From Chara braunii (taxonomy: Eukaryota > Plantae > Charophyceae): 64,000 bases of DNA. Location of the stretch: positions 6,907,096 through 6,971,095 of the forward strand of contig BFEA01000011.1 in the NCBI GenBank assembly GCA_003427395.1. Reading direction: 5' to 3'. The translations under genes were made by a program, and so were the position numbers. This document shows positions 25,624 to 37,616 of this stretch, one piece after another. Every line of letters starts with the position of its first letter. Position 1 is the stretch's first letter. The notes below the pieces were generated by a model. That model ran no database searches. It had not been told where the DNA came from and saw nothing but the letters and a program-made list of their open reading frames with translations.

Positions 25624-25629
25624 TTTCCC
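25570..25629 (-). promoter_or_regulatory. Putative -1 programmed ribosomal frameshift signal between gag and pol
   Basis: In-phase G GGA AAC (25629-25623) directly before the gag TGA; 10-nt spacer; 8-bp stem GGGAGGTG/CACCTCCC; the -1 frame is open into pol. Confidence 0.85.
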
Positions 25630-27236
25630 GAGTTGATACGAGGCCGAACATCCTCCTTGCCCCGATCCTGGCAGAGGGAGGTCTTGTGCTTGGTGCTATT
25701 GCACCAATAGCAGCAGCCGTAACGACCACGGTACTTGTACTCAGCCTCGGTCAAGTGAAACTTGACCCATGGTACTAGCTGTCCGTTTCCGGCCGATGAT
25801 GCGGTTTTCGCCTTCCCGTTTCCTCGGGACTGGTTGTTGCTTCGCGGCTGGACAGCAGCCACCTGATCTCCCTCACGTAACGCTTGGGTGGTTGTCGGGT
25901 CTTCCACAATGTTGTCCGATTGGACTGCAGCGAACTGTTGCGGTCGCAGACCAGTTTTCACCTTCTCCACATAGGTTGGCTGCCACGTTGACTTCTCTTG
26001 TGCAGCCGCCCTGTTTGTCTTGATGATCTCCCTCGCCTTGTCAATGATTTCAGCGAAGGTTGCATATTGCTCGCGATCACCAAGTGCAAGGCTCAATGCA
26101 GCACCTGACCTGTTGTAGAACTCGCGGCGCAGATGCGAAAATGGTAAGTCAAGATCGGGCGTTGCCGCGATCTTCTGCCATTCCGTGAGCCAGTCACGTG
26201 TTGCTGTGTTGCCTTGCGTCATGCCGAAGAGACGGTTGATGGCGAGTGCATCGTCCACGATGAACCACTTCTTTCATAACCGTGTTAGCTCTTCCCATGA
26301 AATCTTATCCTTAAGATCTGCGACATCGACGCCGTGGACGGTTGCCAGGTGGCTTAACCAGATCTGGCATCCGCCCTTTGAGTTGAGAAACAGGGCGCTG
26401 ATGTACGCGTGCTTGGCGACGAATAGAATCCGAAGTTGCGTCGTAAAGCCTTCCCACCAGAGGACCGGGTCTTGATGCGTGTAGTCATCGAACTTCTCAA
26501 TTTGGAATGTCGGCATCCTATAATGCGTTGTGCTATTGCCATCCTTGTTAGGCAGCTGCAGTTGTTGAACCTCGGTCTTCAAGGTATCCAGCTATTTGCT
26601 GATGGTGGTTGGCGCAGCGAAGGTGCTGATGTCGCCGAGCATTGCGACAACGTGGTCGACTCGTTGCTCCAGTTGGCGGGCAAAGGGTGCACTGTTGGAC
26701 TCACCAGCCTCCGGTCTTGGTGCAACTTGCTCCAAGTGCTCCATACGGGAATCAAGTGCTCGTGCTGCATCCTCTTGCTGAGCCTTGTGGTTCCGCATAG
26801 CCCGCTGCATATTCGCCAGCTCGGACTTCAGGTGGTTACAAGTGTAGACCAACCGAGTCACGAGTTTGGCCATGAATTCCCTGTGCTGTTCCTCTGGTGT
26901 CGCGTCATCGTGCTCCTCGGATGGTTCAAAGTGCCAATACTTGAGCCTTTCAACGTTGGTGGCTTCATGCCGCTGTAGCAGTTCCTGGGCTTCCTTGCGG
27001 CGTGCCTGGGTGTCTGCTTCAGCCTCGGCCTGAATCCGCTGCTTCTCAGTTGTTGCCGCTGCTTCAGCTTGTAGGCGGACAGCCTCGGCTGCCAGCTGGC
27101 GCTGTTCCTCAGCCTCGATCAGTGCGAGTTGAGTCTGGAACCGCTGTTTGTAGTCGGCAAGAGACTCGTTGGCCAGTTGGCCTGGCATGCCCAGAGCTGC
27201 GCCCGTCATGGTGGCGGGGCACTGCTGACATGGCAC
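25620..27236 (-). pseudogene. gag: gag with two premature in-frame stops
   Basis: Three same-frame ORFs (27236-26592, 26582-26274, 26258-25620); coiled-coil-like N-terminus, capsid-like region and CCHC knuckle [14 protein letters not shown]. Confidence 0.9.
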
Positions 27237-27435
27237 TGCTGACGTGGCACTGTTGCTGACGTGGCACTGCTAACATGGCACTGTTGTTGACATGGCACTG
27301 CTGACGTGGCATTGCTGATGTGGCACTGTTGCTAACGTGGCACTGCTAACGTGGCACTGTTGCTAACGTGGCACTGCTGACGTGGCACTGCTGATGTGGC
27401 ATTGCTGACGTGGCACTGTTCCTGACATGGCACTG
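27218..27435. repeat. 14/17-bp minisatellite GGCACTG(TTG)CTGACGT at the gag start
   Basis: More than ten tandem units are directly visible. Confidence 0.92.
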
Positions 27436-28200
27436 TACCAACCCGGAAATGCATGCAAAGGGGTGGGTGGGAGGGAAAACGTAGGTAGGGAACCAACCCA
27501 ACAATACTAATAAAAAATAAAAGAGGACTACTTCCTTTTTTTTTTTTGTATGTATATCGATCTGTTATGGGTGAGACATGTCAGAAGAGTACTATGAACG
27601 AGATCTAGGCTAGGTTCCGCAAAGTTTCGGCTTTCACAAAATGCGATTTTGAAAAGAAAAAAAAAATTGCGAGATAAAATAGAGATGCGATTTTTAGAAA
27701 AGACCTAAATCCAGTTTCTGAGGATATGGCAACCTCCGAATATGCCTAACGAAATGTTGGTAGGCTTCGCAAGATTTCGGTTTTCAAAAAAATTTGCGAG
27801 ATAGAATGGAGATTCGATTTTCAGAAGGAATAAATCCGGTTTCCGAGAATACGACCACTTCTATCGTTATCCTAATATGCCTAGAAAGTGAAATGTTAAC
27901 ATCAAAAATTTTCGACTATGTATGCGAAATATCAGAGAAACGAAATGCTACTATCAGGAATTTTCAGATAAAACGAAATGCGATTATCAGAAATTTTCAG
28001 ATATTTGTTGCGTGAAAAGGAAATACTAATATCAGAAATTTTCAGGTAAAACGAAATGCGATTATCAGAAATTTCCAGATAGTTGTTGTGAGAAAAAAAA
28101 AATTCAGAGATTTGACGAAGTCCTACTTGATTTACTAACGAGTGATCAATAGATCAAGCAAGCTGGCTACTTGATTGAGCGGGTCCTCTGAATGAGTTCC

Positions 28201-28212
28201 GCTCCGATACCA
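28201..28212 (-). promoter_or_regulatory. Primer-binding site, tRNA-iMet type
   Basis: TGGTATCGGAGC, 3 nt after the 5' LTR end (...atgcaaca). Confidence 0.9.
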
Positions 28213-28215
28213 AAC

Positions 28216-29441
28216 TGTTGCATATTGTAACGGTGCAGACCAGAACAAGAACCGACCTCTCGATACAATGTACAAGATAGCGTAGCGGAAAACTTAGATA
28301 CCAATGATCCGAACAATCAATATTGCAATGCAGTTCCGAACATACATCATCATCATCATCATTCCATGGTGTGAAGGGGTCTGGCGCTCACACAGGAAGA
28401 ATGCGCCAGCCCCAACCATACACAGACGAAGAAGAGGGGGATTAGACGAAGAAGAGGGGAAGATGGGAATGTCGTCAACACCAAGTCTTCGGCACAGGCC
28501 CAAATAGTCCCTCGTCAAAATGTTTGAATCCCAATGTCGAGTCTGGATCCAATGTCGTCAAGTCCCAATGTCGTCAAGTCTCAAGTCACAACTCTCTCTC
28601 TCTGTAGTAGTCCGCTGGTACGGAGGAGGCAGGTGGTGAGAGGGGAAGAAGAGATGGTGGACTTATAAGAGGAAGAAGAAGAACTCTCTCCCTCTCTCTC
28701 TCTCTCAGTCCGGTACTAACCTGTGAAGTTGACGCCTTGATGCAGGTACCTCGAAGATGGAGCTGGAGCTATGGCGCCACAGGTAAGTCTCGCTGGCCTC
28801 CGCCAGCCATCTCTCTCCCACACTACTACTACCACCTACTAGCGCCCAGCGCTGAAGACTACTGCTATGGCTACTAGCGCCCAGCGCTGAAGACTACTGC
28901 TATGGCTACTAGCGCCCAGCGCTGAAGACTACTGCTAGCGCTAAGCTACTCCTGGCAGTGCTCCTCCTGAGTGCTGCGGCCGAATCCTGAAGGCTACTCC
29001 TGCCTACTGTCCAACTACCTACCCTTGAAGTGCATGGGACTCCCTATGTACTACACGGCCTGCCTCCTGACTGCAGGGCGAGGCAGTCCAGGAGGCTGCT
29101 CTTGCCAATGCCGCAGGGAGTCAGGGGCTGCCACTGCAGCTCCTGCTTGAGGCTGTCGTGGGAACAGGAACAGGCTATCTTTAGCCTGTTCCCGAAACCC
29201 TGGTTTTGTGCCTGAGTGTTAGGGTAGGTCGATCTTATGAGGGCCCGAAAGTGGCCCTCCGTTTCAGGCTGAAAAGCCTCAGGGCTGAAAAGCCCTGTTT
29301 TAGGCTGAAACGACATAGGGCCTGCAGGCCCTCGTTTTTCAGTCTTTCAGGCTGAAATGACAGGGGCCTGTAAGCCCTTAAGCCTAGGCTGAGAATGCTG
29401 GACGGGCCCTGCAGGCCCGTGTGGCTACGCAGTATGCCACA
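28216..29441 (-). repeat. 5' LTR (about 1.23 kb)
   Basis: tgttgca...gccaca; contains a 35-bp tandem repeat (about 28838-28935) and ggctgaaa repeats. Confidence 0.95.
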
Positions 29442-32400
29442 GTCAGACAGGACATGCTGGCAAACATCTTGCTGAGAAGGATTTGGCCATTCACCCAGTA
29501 GGGCCAAAACTAGGGAGGGATACATGACCTTTCCAGCTCTAGAGTACCCTGACTGGCTGAATGCCAGATATATAAGCCCAGCCACTCCGGTCAAAGACAC
29601 ATTGGTGGATGGCACTAGGCTGCCTAAACGTTGGCTGAAGGATGTGGCACTCGGACTCCCTTGACTGCTGTGAGACACCCATGTAGGGGTACTGGGGTAA
29701 GGACATGGAAAGAGGACTAGCCCTTCTAGGGCAGAGGAAGTCAGTAGGTAGAGAGATGCTACGCCATGACTCATCAGGGTTGAAGGATGGTACGGAAGGA
29801 GGCTTCAAGGTTTTCTCCTTAAAGAGTTGTTGATTATTGGGTGTTGCAGCGAACTGAAAAGATTTCATGTGCCAGTCCAGTCCCAAGTCTGGTCCCAGAT
29901 GTCCCAAGTCTCATGTCCCACAGTCCCATGTCACATGCACCATATTCCAACCAGCAAGCCAACAGGCTGAAACGCCATCGTAGGACCCGGGAGGTCGGTC
30001 CCAAACAAAAGTCCCAGGGCATCCACAGACAGTGCGGAGACTTTGGGAAATAATAATGGTCGACAGGCCAGGGACCGGGAACCAAGGTTGTCAACAGCAG
30101 CAGATACAAAAGGCCACTACACTAGCTGGAAACACACTCGTTCACACGAACTGTTGCAGAAGTGCTGCTGGTTGCTTGTGCGGTATTTCACGTGTGACTT
30201 GTTCGGGTGTTGGGCAGTAGTCTTCGGCGCAGGCGCCATAGCTTGGACTAGGCCTGACAAGGAGGAGAGCGATGCGTAGCAGGGAATGAGTGGGAGAAGT
30301 CAAAGGCATTCAAAAAGAGTGACGAGAGAGAGAGAGAGAAAGAGAGTACCTGTGTGCGATGCCGGCAGCCATACCTGCCACCCGAAAATGTTGTGACAAT
30401 TCGGGAGTTGTAACAATAATAAATTTTCAAGCTTCATCTGATTTCCATCTCATTTTTTGGTGTACGACTTCAGTGTGTTGTCTTGGCAAGCATGTGTGGT
30501 TGTTTGATGGGTGTCACTTGCATGGGATCACTGCAATGGTACGAGAACGACCTCTCGTTGCCTTCGGTGGTTGAAGAGAGTTGCCCGGTGCTTGAGAAAA
30601 AAACAGATAGTGAAAGGCGGCTTGGGGAAGATATCCGCAGACGTGGAGAAGTGAATGTTGAACGAGAAGCGGCCAGAAGTGAAGAAGACAACACAAGGAC
30701 AACGCAGGCTCAACGAAACTCCCTGGAGCAGTATCACTTCGAGTGAAGTGCTTCTTGAACCCTATCCTGTGTCTGCAATGCGACTCTGCATGTATGTTGT
30801 TTCTTTGTTGTCTTCGAAATGCCGGTTCTTTCCGTGGGTGCAAGCTGCTTTGTCAATTCTGTTGTTATCAATTATGCCTAGGTCAGGAAATCAATGCATA
30901 CATACTTGTGGTAATATCTGTTGGAGTAAAGGGCCCCCCTAGTTCTAGGGTTGCCTGCCTGCCTGGGGGCCTATGTACCCATGGTGGACCATATCCCATC
31001 TTGTGCAGCAGAAAGCAAAAAGGGTGGCCTGCCTACCTGGGGGCTTGTGTACCCACTGTAAACCCCTGTTCGAACGAGGCAAACCACAGAGTTAGCAACA
31101 ATCCTAGGTGGGAGAGGGCGGAGACACTACTTGGCCACGTCATCCTGTCAGGGACACCAAAGAATTCCAGAGGAATTTGCTGGTTGTCATTAAGTTGGCG
31201 ATTGGACAACGTAGTTCTTAAGACTCATCCTGCTGGAGAACACCATTAAACAAGTCAAACGGAAGTCAACGACAGTATGATAAGTGAAGGGAGTCGAGAT
31301 AGTTGTAGGAGAGAAGTAGAACAGAAGTCGTTGACTTGACCGGCTGTTGTATTGATCCGACACCATGGATCACTATCCCATTTACTCCTTTCTCGCCTTC
31401 TCTGTCTTGTGGGAACCACTTTTTGCGAATTATATTCCCCTTAAGCTTTTTCAGGACCTATCACATGCATAATATAGAATTGCAAAGTGGCAAGGAGGTT
31501 CAACAGTGGCGGGACGAGAAGTTTAAAGAGCAGAAGAGGAAGATGAAGGAGGAAAAGGAAAAGGAAAAGGAAAACGAAAACGAAAAGGAAAAGGAAAAGG
31601 AAAAAGGAAAAGAAGAAAGAGGAGGCATAATCAAATGGGGACAAGGAGAAGAGAAGGGATACACAAAGACATTGTGGACCCCATTCCGCGATGTCCCCTT
31701 TGCTTCGGGCATCCAGACACTACAATGCTTAAAATAAATGCATGATTTGTAAGTGGATAACCAAACTCTGAATCGCCGGATTAAGGCTCCATTCGAGGGC
31801 GCCGCACGCCACCCTGCCTGACCACTCAACTGCCAGGATCTTAACATGGCCCCCCCAAATATGTATATAATCTCTATAACATTTCCAAGTAAAACCCTCA
31901 AAGATTGGGGTTACTTGTTATGCACTACAGCTTCAAGTTTGTCGTCGAGGGGCTGGTGGCCTTCTCCCTCTGCCCTAGAAAGCTTTCGGTTCCTCGTTGG
32001 GTGTCCGGCGAATCAGCCCCGCGTACAAGTCCTCGTCTTTTTACACCGGGCCTAACTGAGACCTATAAAACCATACTGCCTAACCTGGAGTCTAGCACAG
32101 GAGTGTCAGAGGTCTCCATGACATGGTTCAAGGTGTTGGAGCGAACACCCTTCCAAGCCTGTTTGTTGAACTTTGTTCATATGTTGCGCATTTCACAGCG
32201 ATAGCCGACACGCCGACCACAATGGCAGGAAAAATGGTTCAACCAAAATATATCATTTGCATGCCTCGACATGACTTGCGATAAAAACCAAAGAAGTATT
32301 AGAACCCTTGACAGCACCTGTCCAAGGGTTAGTACGTCAACTTGTGGAACTCGGGTACCGGTTAAAAACTAGTATAGGCCCCGGCCATACGAGGCAACCA

Positions 32401-35400
32401 GAAGATAAAGTTGTTCGGTCGGGCAAAAATTAGTACGGGTCGAGCCCAACATTATTCAAGTTCTGGTAGTATCACGACTCGGACTGGAAACCCTGCTGTG
32501 AAACTGGGGTGGACTTCGCTCCTTATAAAAAGGAGCTAGCCCAGTGTCAGGGATGAGGTTGGATCCCTATGTCTGCCATGTGACAAATAGTACGTAAAGC
32601 TACTGGGCTAGCTCCTACTTTGGGAAGTAGTCTGCCATGCTCCTACGTCAGGAAGTAAAGGAGTAGACCCACTATTAAGAGAGGACAGAAGGTTAGTAGT
32701 TAGTAGTTAGACTGAGGGGCAGATGCCCCGTAACACTGTGAAGGTGGGGCACGGATTTTGAACCTGCACTTTTAAAATTAGGTACAGTTAATTTAAAACT
32801 GAGCCGGGGGCTGCCGTTTGGGAGGTATGGGCTCGCGGGTATGGACAGAGAGGGTTAGGGCACGGAAGGTGTTTCATGCGAGGGGAGCAGTCATCATCAA
32901 GCATCATCAAATACCATGCTGACCGGCATCTTCAGGGTAATGATATGACGAGGCCGACAGGACTTGGTAGTGGTGGCAGGGAGGGGGGGTCAAGCTTGCT
33001 GAGGAAGAGAGATCAGGGGACCTGGAGGCTGAAGAGGAGGAGGGCAATCAATGCTGGTGGGACGTGTATGGTTCCTGATTAGGATCTCATTTGTTTTCAA
33101 AAGGGACGCTGGACCCCGTTTCCAGCAGGTGAAGCTCCCCACCAATAGACAGGAGTGTCCAGCATGGGCCTAGTAGCAGGGGCTGCTCTCCTTACCCCTC
33201 CTACCAGGCGCAGGTTGGTCTTTTCAACGAAAAAATAAAAAAATCTGAGCCCCTGCTATAACAGGGGCACGACAGTTGGCACAACCGGGCACTTGATAGT
33301 TAGATTTCATTTTTCTTTTTTTCTTCCTTTTCCTTTCTGCTTAATCCTTTTTTTATTTTTCAAAAAATTTACGATATATTTCTTTGTCTTGTTTAATTCC
33401 CATCAAGTTTCCTTTACAATTTGAATCTGCCTGAAACGTTGGGGAAGATTATCTGTAGTAAGTAGGAGTGGATCTAGCCACGACGCAAGTTCGATCAGAC
33501 TGGACCTACCTTCGTGCAGAGCTCAACACAGGAAAAGTAGGGGAGCGTCCGCAAAGAAAGTAGCAGAAGGTTGAAGACGAACGCGAGGTAGGAAGAAGAT
33601 GGGCACAGGAGGAGAAATAAGAAGTGCGCGTGGAGAAGGAAGGTGGATGCGTGATGAGAAGGAGAGCAATGCGCGTAGGAGGAGGAAAAAGACATACAAG
33701 GTGAAAGGAAAAAGCACAAGAGGAGGAAGAACGACCGTGGAGACACGAGTGAGCAAGCGAACGACCGCGGAGTCGAGGGGAAAAATGTGTGCACACATAA
33801 GAGGAAGATGATGAACGCGTGAGAGGGAGAAAGGCGGAATGAAGAAGAACGAGCGTGGTAGGAACAAGGGAGAAGGTTGTGCAAGAGGAAGAGAGACAGT
33901 GTGACGAGGCACGTACCTGGTGTTGACGAAGGCAGGCTGATTGATTGGAGTCTTCAAATGGCATCGGGCTGATGACACGTGGACATGTTATAGACATGAG
34001 TAAGCTAGTTGGATAGGAGTTGTAAGAAGTAGGTTCGACGTTTAGAACACCTTAGGAAGGCCACATTGTTGTTGCATTGGTGATTGGAGGCGTTGGAAGG
34101 GCCTTCATTGTAAGAAACTTCAGTCCTTCGCTCGTTCCTCTTCGGTGTGCAGTTCGCTTTGATTTCTGCTTTCAATTTTGGATCAATGATATCTGGTCTT
34201 CTGCGAGATGTTGCAACTTGGTTTAAATTGTTGTTCCTATTGTTTATTTCCCTGTTTTATCATAATTATTTGTATCTGCATGGCCAGATACAGAGCTGGG
34301 GCGCAGTGCCATTCAACCCCTGAGAAGGAAGATGCAATGAACCACTTAGTTCGACACTCCATGCACATGCTCAATAAGAACTCACACAAAATCCACACTG
34401 GAGAACAGAGATGAAAATTTCAGACTAGCGCAGCTTGCTTGGCACTAAACGAAGGTGCTGTTGGTGCTCTTCTAACGACTTGCTGAAAATCAACAAAGCA
34501 CCTAGATATACAACGACGAATTCATCTAGCCAATCACGGAAGAGTTCATTCATACAATGCTGGAAGGTAGCAGGGGCGTTAGTCAAACCAAAGAGCATGA
34601 CCACAAACTCGTAATGGACATTTAGAGTCCTAAAGGCCGTTTTGTGTTGGTCCTCAGGCTATATCTCTATCTAATGATAGCCGTTTACAACACTGCACCC
34701 GATCCAAGAGGTCATCTATCCACGGTAGTGGCTCAGAATTTTTTATCCTAATTGCGTTGAGAACCCTATAATCTATACACATGCGTAGGTCACCCTATTT
34801 CTTTGGCACAAACAAGACCGGTGCACCGTACGGCGAGGAACTTGGCCTAGTCCACCCTTTATCTATTAATTCATCTAACTGTTAGCGCGGCTCATCAAGT
34901 TCCTTGGGAGACATCCGATAGATAGGGCCCTTGGGAAAGCTGCTGCCAGGTTCTATATCTATCCGGTGCTTGGTCTCTCTTTCAACTACTCCACTTGGTG
35001 CCTCTCCCACGTCAGCAAACTCATCTAGCAAGCTCTGCACATTGGGTGGCATTGGAACTTCTTCCTTTTTGCCTTCACTAAACGGTCTCACATAAGCAAC
35101 AAACACTTACTCAGCTAGGTCGTTCTTGAACACGTGCCCGACGAACGCAAGGGCACTCATATCGCAAAGGGACAAGCAGTACTCTCTACACCAAACGTGT
35201 GGTACTGGGCAACCAACACTCGTGCTCGCCCATCTTAATGTCGGTATATGCAGCGCTGCCGTTTCGGGTTTTCATTGTTTGTGTTTTTTGTTTTTGTTCC
35301 TTTTTTTTTTGGGTACCCCACCGAGGCGGCACGGTGCAGGTGCAGTCCACGGGCTGCTGACACTTTGTGGAGGAGAGCACACCCACACTAATGTATGAAC

Positions 35401-35553
35401 CCGCTTTTTCACCCTAAGTTCAGTTTCAATTCTTTTTCCCTCTTCCTTCTTTCGTGAACCTGACACCCTTGCCGTAACGCCCTCACTGAGGGCATACTGA
35501 TAAAACGACGTTGGGCTAGGTCTCTACCAGGTATCACGTCCAAAGGGGTGGTG

Positions 35554-35726
35554 TTTTTTTTTTTTTTTTTTTTTTTTTTTGCCCGTGAGTGGATCGTTTT
35601 CTAAAAGTCCGGCCTTGCCTTTTTTTTTTTTCAAGGGAGTACTAGAAAAGAAACAAAACGGAACCCAGGCTCTACAAAACTCGGTGGCAGTGAAAATCAG
35701 GGTCGGCAAAAAAAGGCTCGGAGGTA
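35554..35726 (-). mobile_element. About 170-bp poly(A)-tailed insertion in the gag remnant
   Basis: T27 at 35554-35580; GTGGTG on both flanks (35548-35553 and 35727-35732). Confidence 0.5.
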
Positions 35727-36860
35727 GTGGTGGTTTAAGTATGAGGTGTTCAGTACGACAGGCTAAATTCTTGTCCTCAAAGCGGTCCTTCAAAGCCTTT
35801 AAGAAATCCTCAATCCTAGTTTCCTGTGAGTATTGCACCACCGAGGTGCAGCCTGCCTCTTTTACTAACGAAATTGCAAAGCTAGTTGTGTCTCCCCCTA
35901 GGCTTGAACTTGCCATTAATACACGGTCCCAGTACGGAATGAATTGTGCGTATAGGTAGGTGTCCATCGCCGCCTCCCAGTGAAATATACTCTCCTCCCT
36001 CTTTCCGGTGTACGTCCAAGGAACCCTAACCTTCATCTTCTCTCTGCACTCTCCTCCCTCAGACTTATCTGCTTCACCTTTCTTTCCACCATTCCTTTCG
36101 GGACCTTTTTCCTTTGGGGTAACTTCGGCGCAGTCACGAAAACAGTTTGTAATTGCACTTCAGGCAATCCCGCGAATACAACACACCCCCACGCAACCCC
36201 ACCGGACCCGAAACGTAGCTCATGTACATTCAGCATTACCGGCCCTTTTGCCTCAAATGCAATTACAAACTCAAACCCTGACTGCGCCGTAGTTTTCTCT
36301 TTTCCTTTTTGTCATCATCCCCATTGTCGCCACTAATTGCACCTCCATCACCGACACTCAACTTTGCTGCAATGATGGTGTTAGCAAGTTTCTGGATGAA
36401 GAGGTCATTGTGCATACAGCATCATCATATGATCAACTTGATTGGACGATGCACTAAGGTTATTCACGTACTCTCGAATTCCTCCTGGTGCCGTTCTATT
36501 TTCCCAATGGTCCGTTGTTGTGCAAAGAGTTCTTGGGTGATGTGCAGCAAAGTGTCATGGAGAAGGGTCCAGCGTTCTGCCTGTTCTACTCGTTTCCCCT
36601 TTTCCTCCAACAACGCCTCGAGTCTTTCCCCTTCCTCTTTCAATCTTTTCTTATCGTCGAATTCCCTCCTTTTTGCAGTCAGCAACTTTTGATTGAACTC
36701 ACTTCTTTTCTCTTCTAATAACAAATTATTCTCCTCCACATCCTCGGTTGCCTCCTTTTATCGGTCTCTCTCTTCTTCGCTTTCTTTGGAAGCTCTGTAT
36801 GGAACCAAATTTCCCACCCAATCCAAGTCTTCAACCCGCAGGAGTCTTAGTTCCCCAGCT

Positions 36861-37350
36861 TGGCTGTTCTCTGGCTCTTCTCCTTGTCTTGTCCTCCTCT
36901 TCAATCCTCTTTTTTCCTTCCTCTTCTTCTTCCAATTCTTTTTTTATTCTTCCTCTTCCTTTCTCATCTCCTTTTCAATTTTCTCTTTTTTTCCATCTCT
37001 TCTTTTATTCTTCCTCTTCCTTTCAATTTTCTCCTCTCACCGGGTGAAAAGGGAAACGGAGGAAAAAAGGAAAAAGGAGGGGGAAATGAAAGAAAAATTG
37101 GAGCAAGAGAGAAAGAAGATGGAGGAGGAGAAAGAAAAAATTGAAAAGGAGATGAGAAAGGAAGAGGAAGAATAAAAAAAAGAATTGGAAGAAGAAGATG
37201 GAAAAAAGAGGAGTGGAGAGGAGGACAAGAGAAGGAGAAGAGCCAGAGAGCAGCCAATCCTCCTCCATCTTCTTTCTCTCTTGCTCCAATTTTTCTTTCA
37301 CTTCCCCCTCCTTTTTCCTTTTTTCCTCTGTTTCCCTTTTCACCCGATGA
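36861..37350. repeat. Interleaved inverted duplication (A'-B-A-B')
   Basis: About 36861-36990 is the reverse complement of about 37130-37257; about 37037-37130 is the reverse complement of about 37258-37350. Confidence 0.88.
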
Positions 37351-37616
37351 AATCCAACAGGGAACAGGAAACGGAGAAGAGGACCCCATAGCACAAACAG
37401 GGTCAAGAAAGCAAACATCGGATAGTCATCCATGGTGAAGGAAGCATAGATAAGTAGTCTCCACCTCCTCCCCACGTAGACCTAACCCTCAACACTTAAT
37501 CTAACTTAATCTAATTTGGACTTTGACCTGACTTCTCCTCTGCCCCCCAACAATGTCACTACAGTTCCCCGACCACGCTGGTGGGCAACCAACAATTTTA
37601 GGTCAAAAAAACAGGA

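Larger units (their letters stand above)
20282..29441 (-). mobile_element. Full-length Ty3/Gypsy chromovirus-type LTR retrotransposon in the transporter intron
   Basis: Paired LTRs, TG...CA outer ends, 5-bp TSD GTCAG (20277-20281 and 29442-29446), PBS, PPT, and gag and pol in Gypsy order. Confidence 0.97.

Noticed and set aside
12766-33116. Shared 15-mer agggacgctggaccc at about 12766 and 33101
   Set aside because: Too short, and one copy runs into a gap, so no element can be defined.
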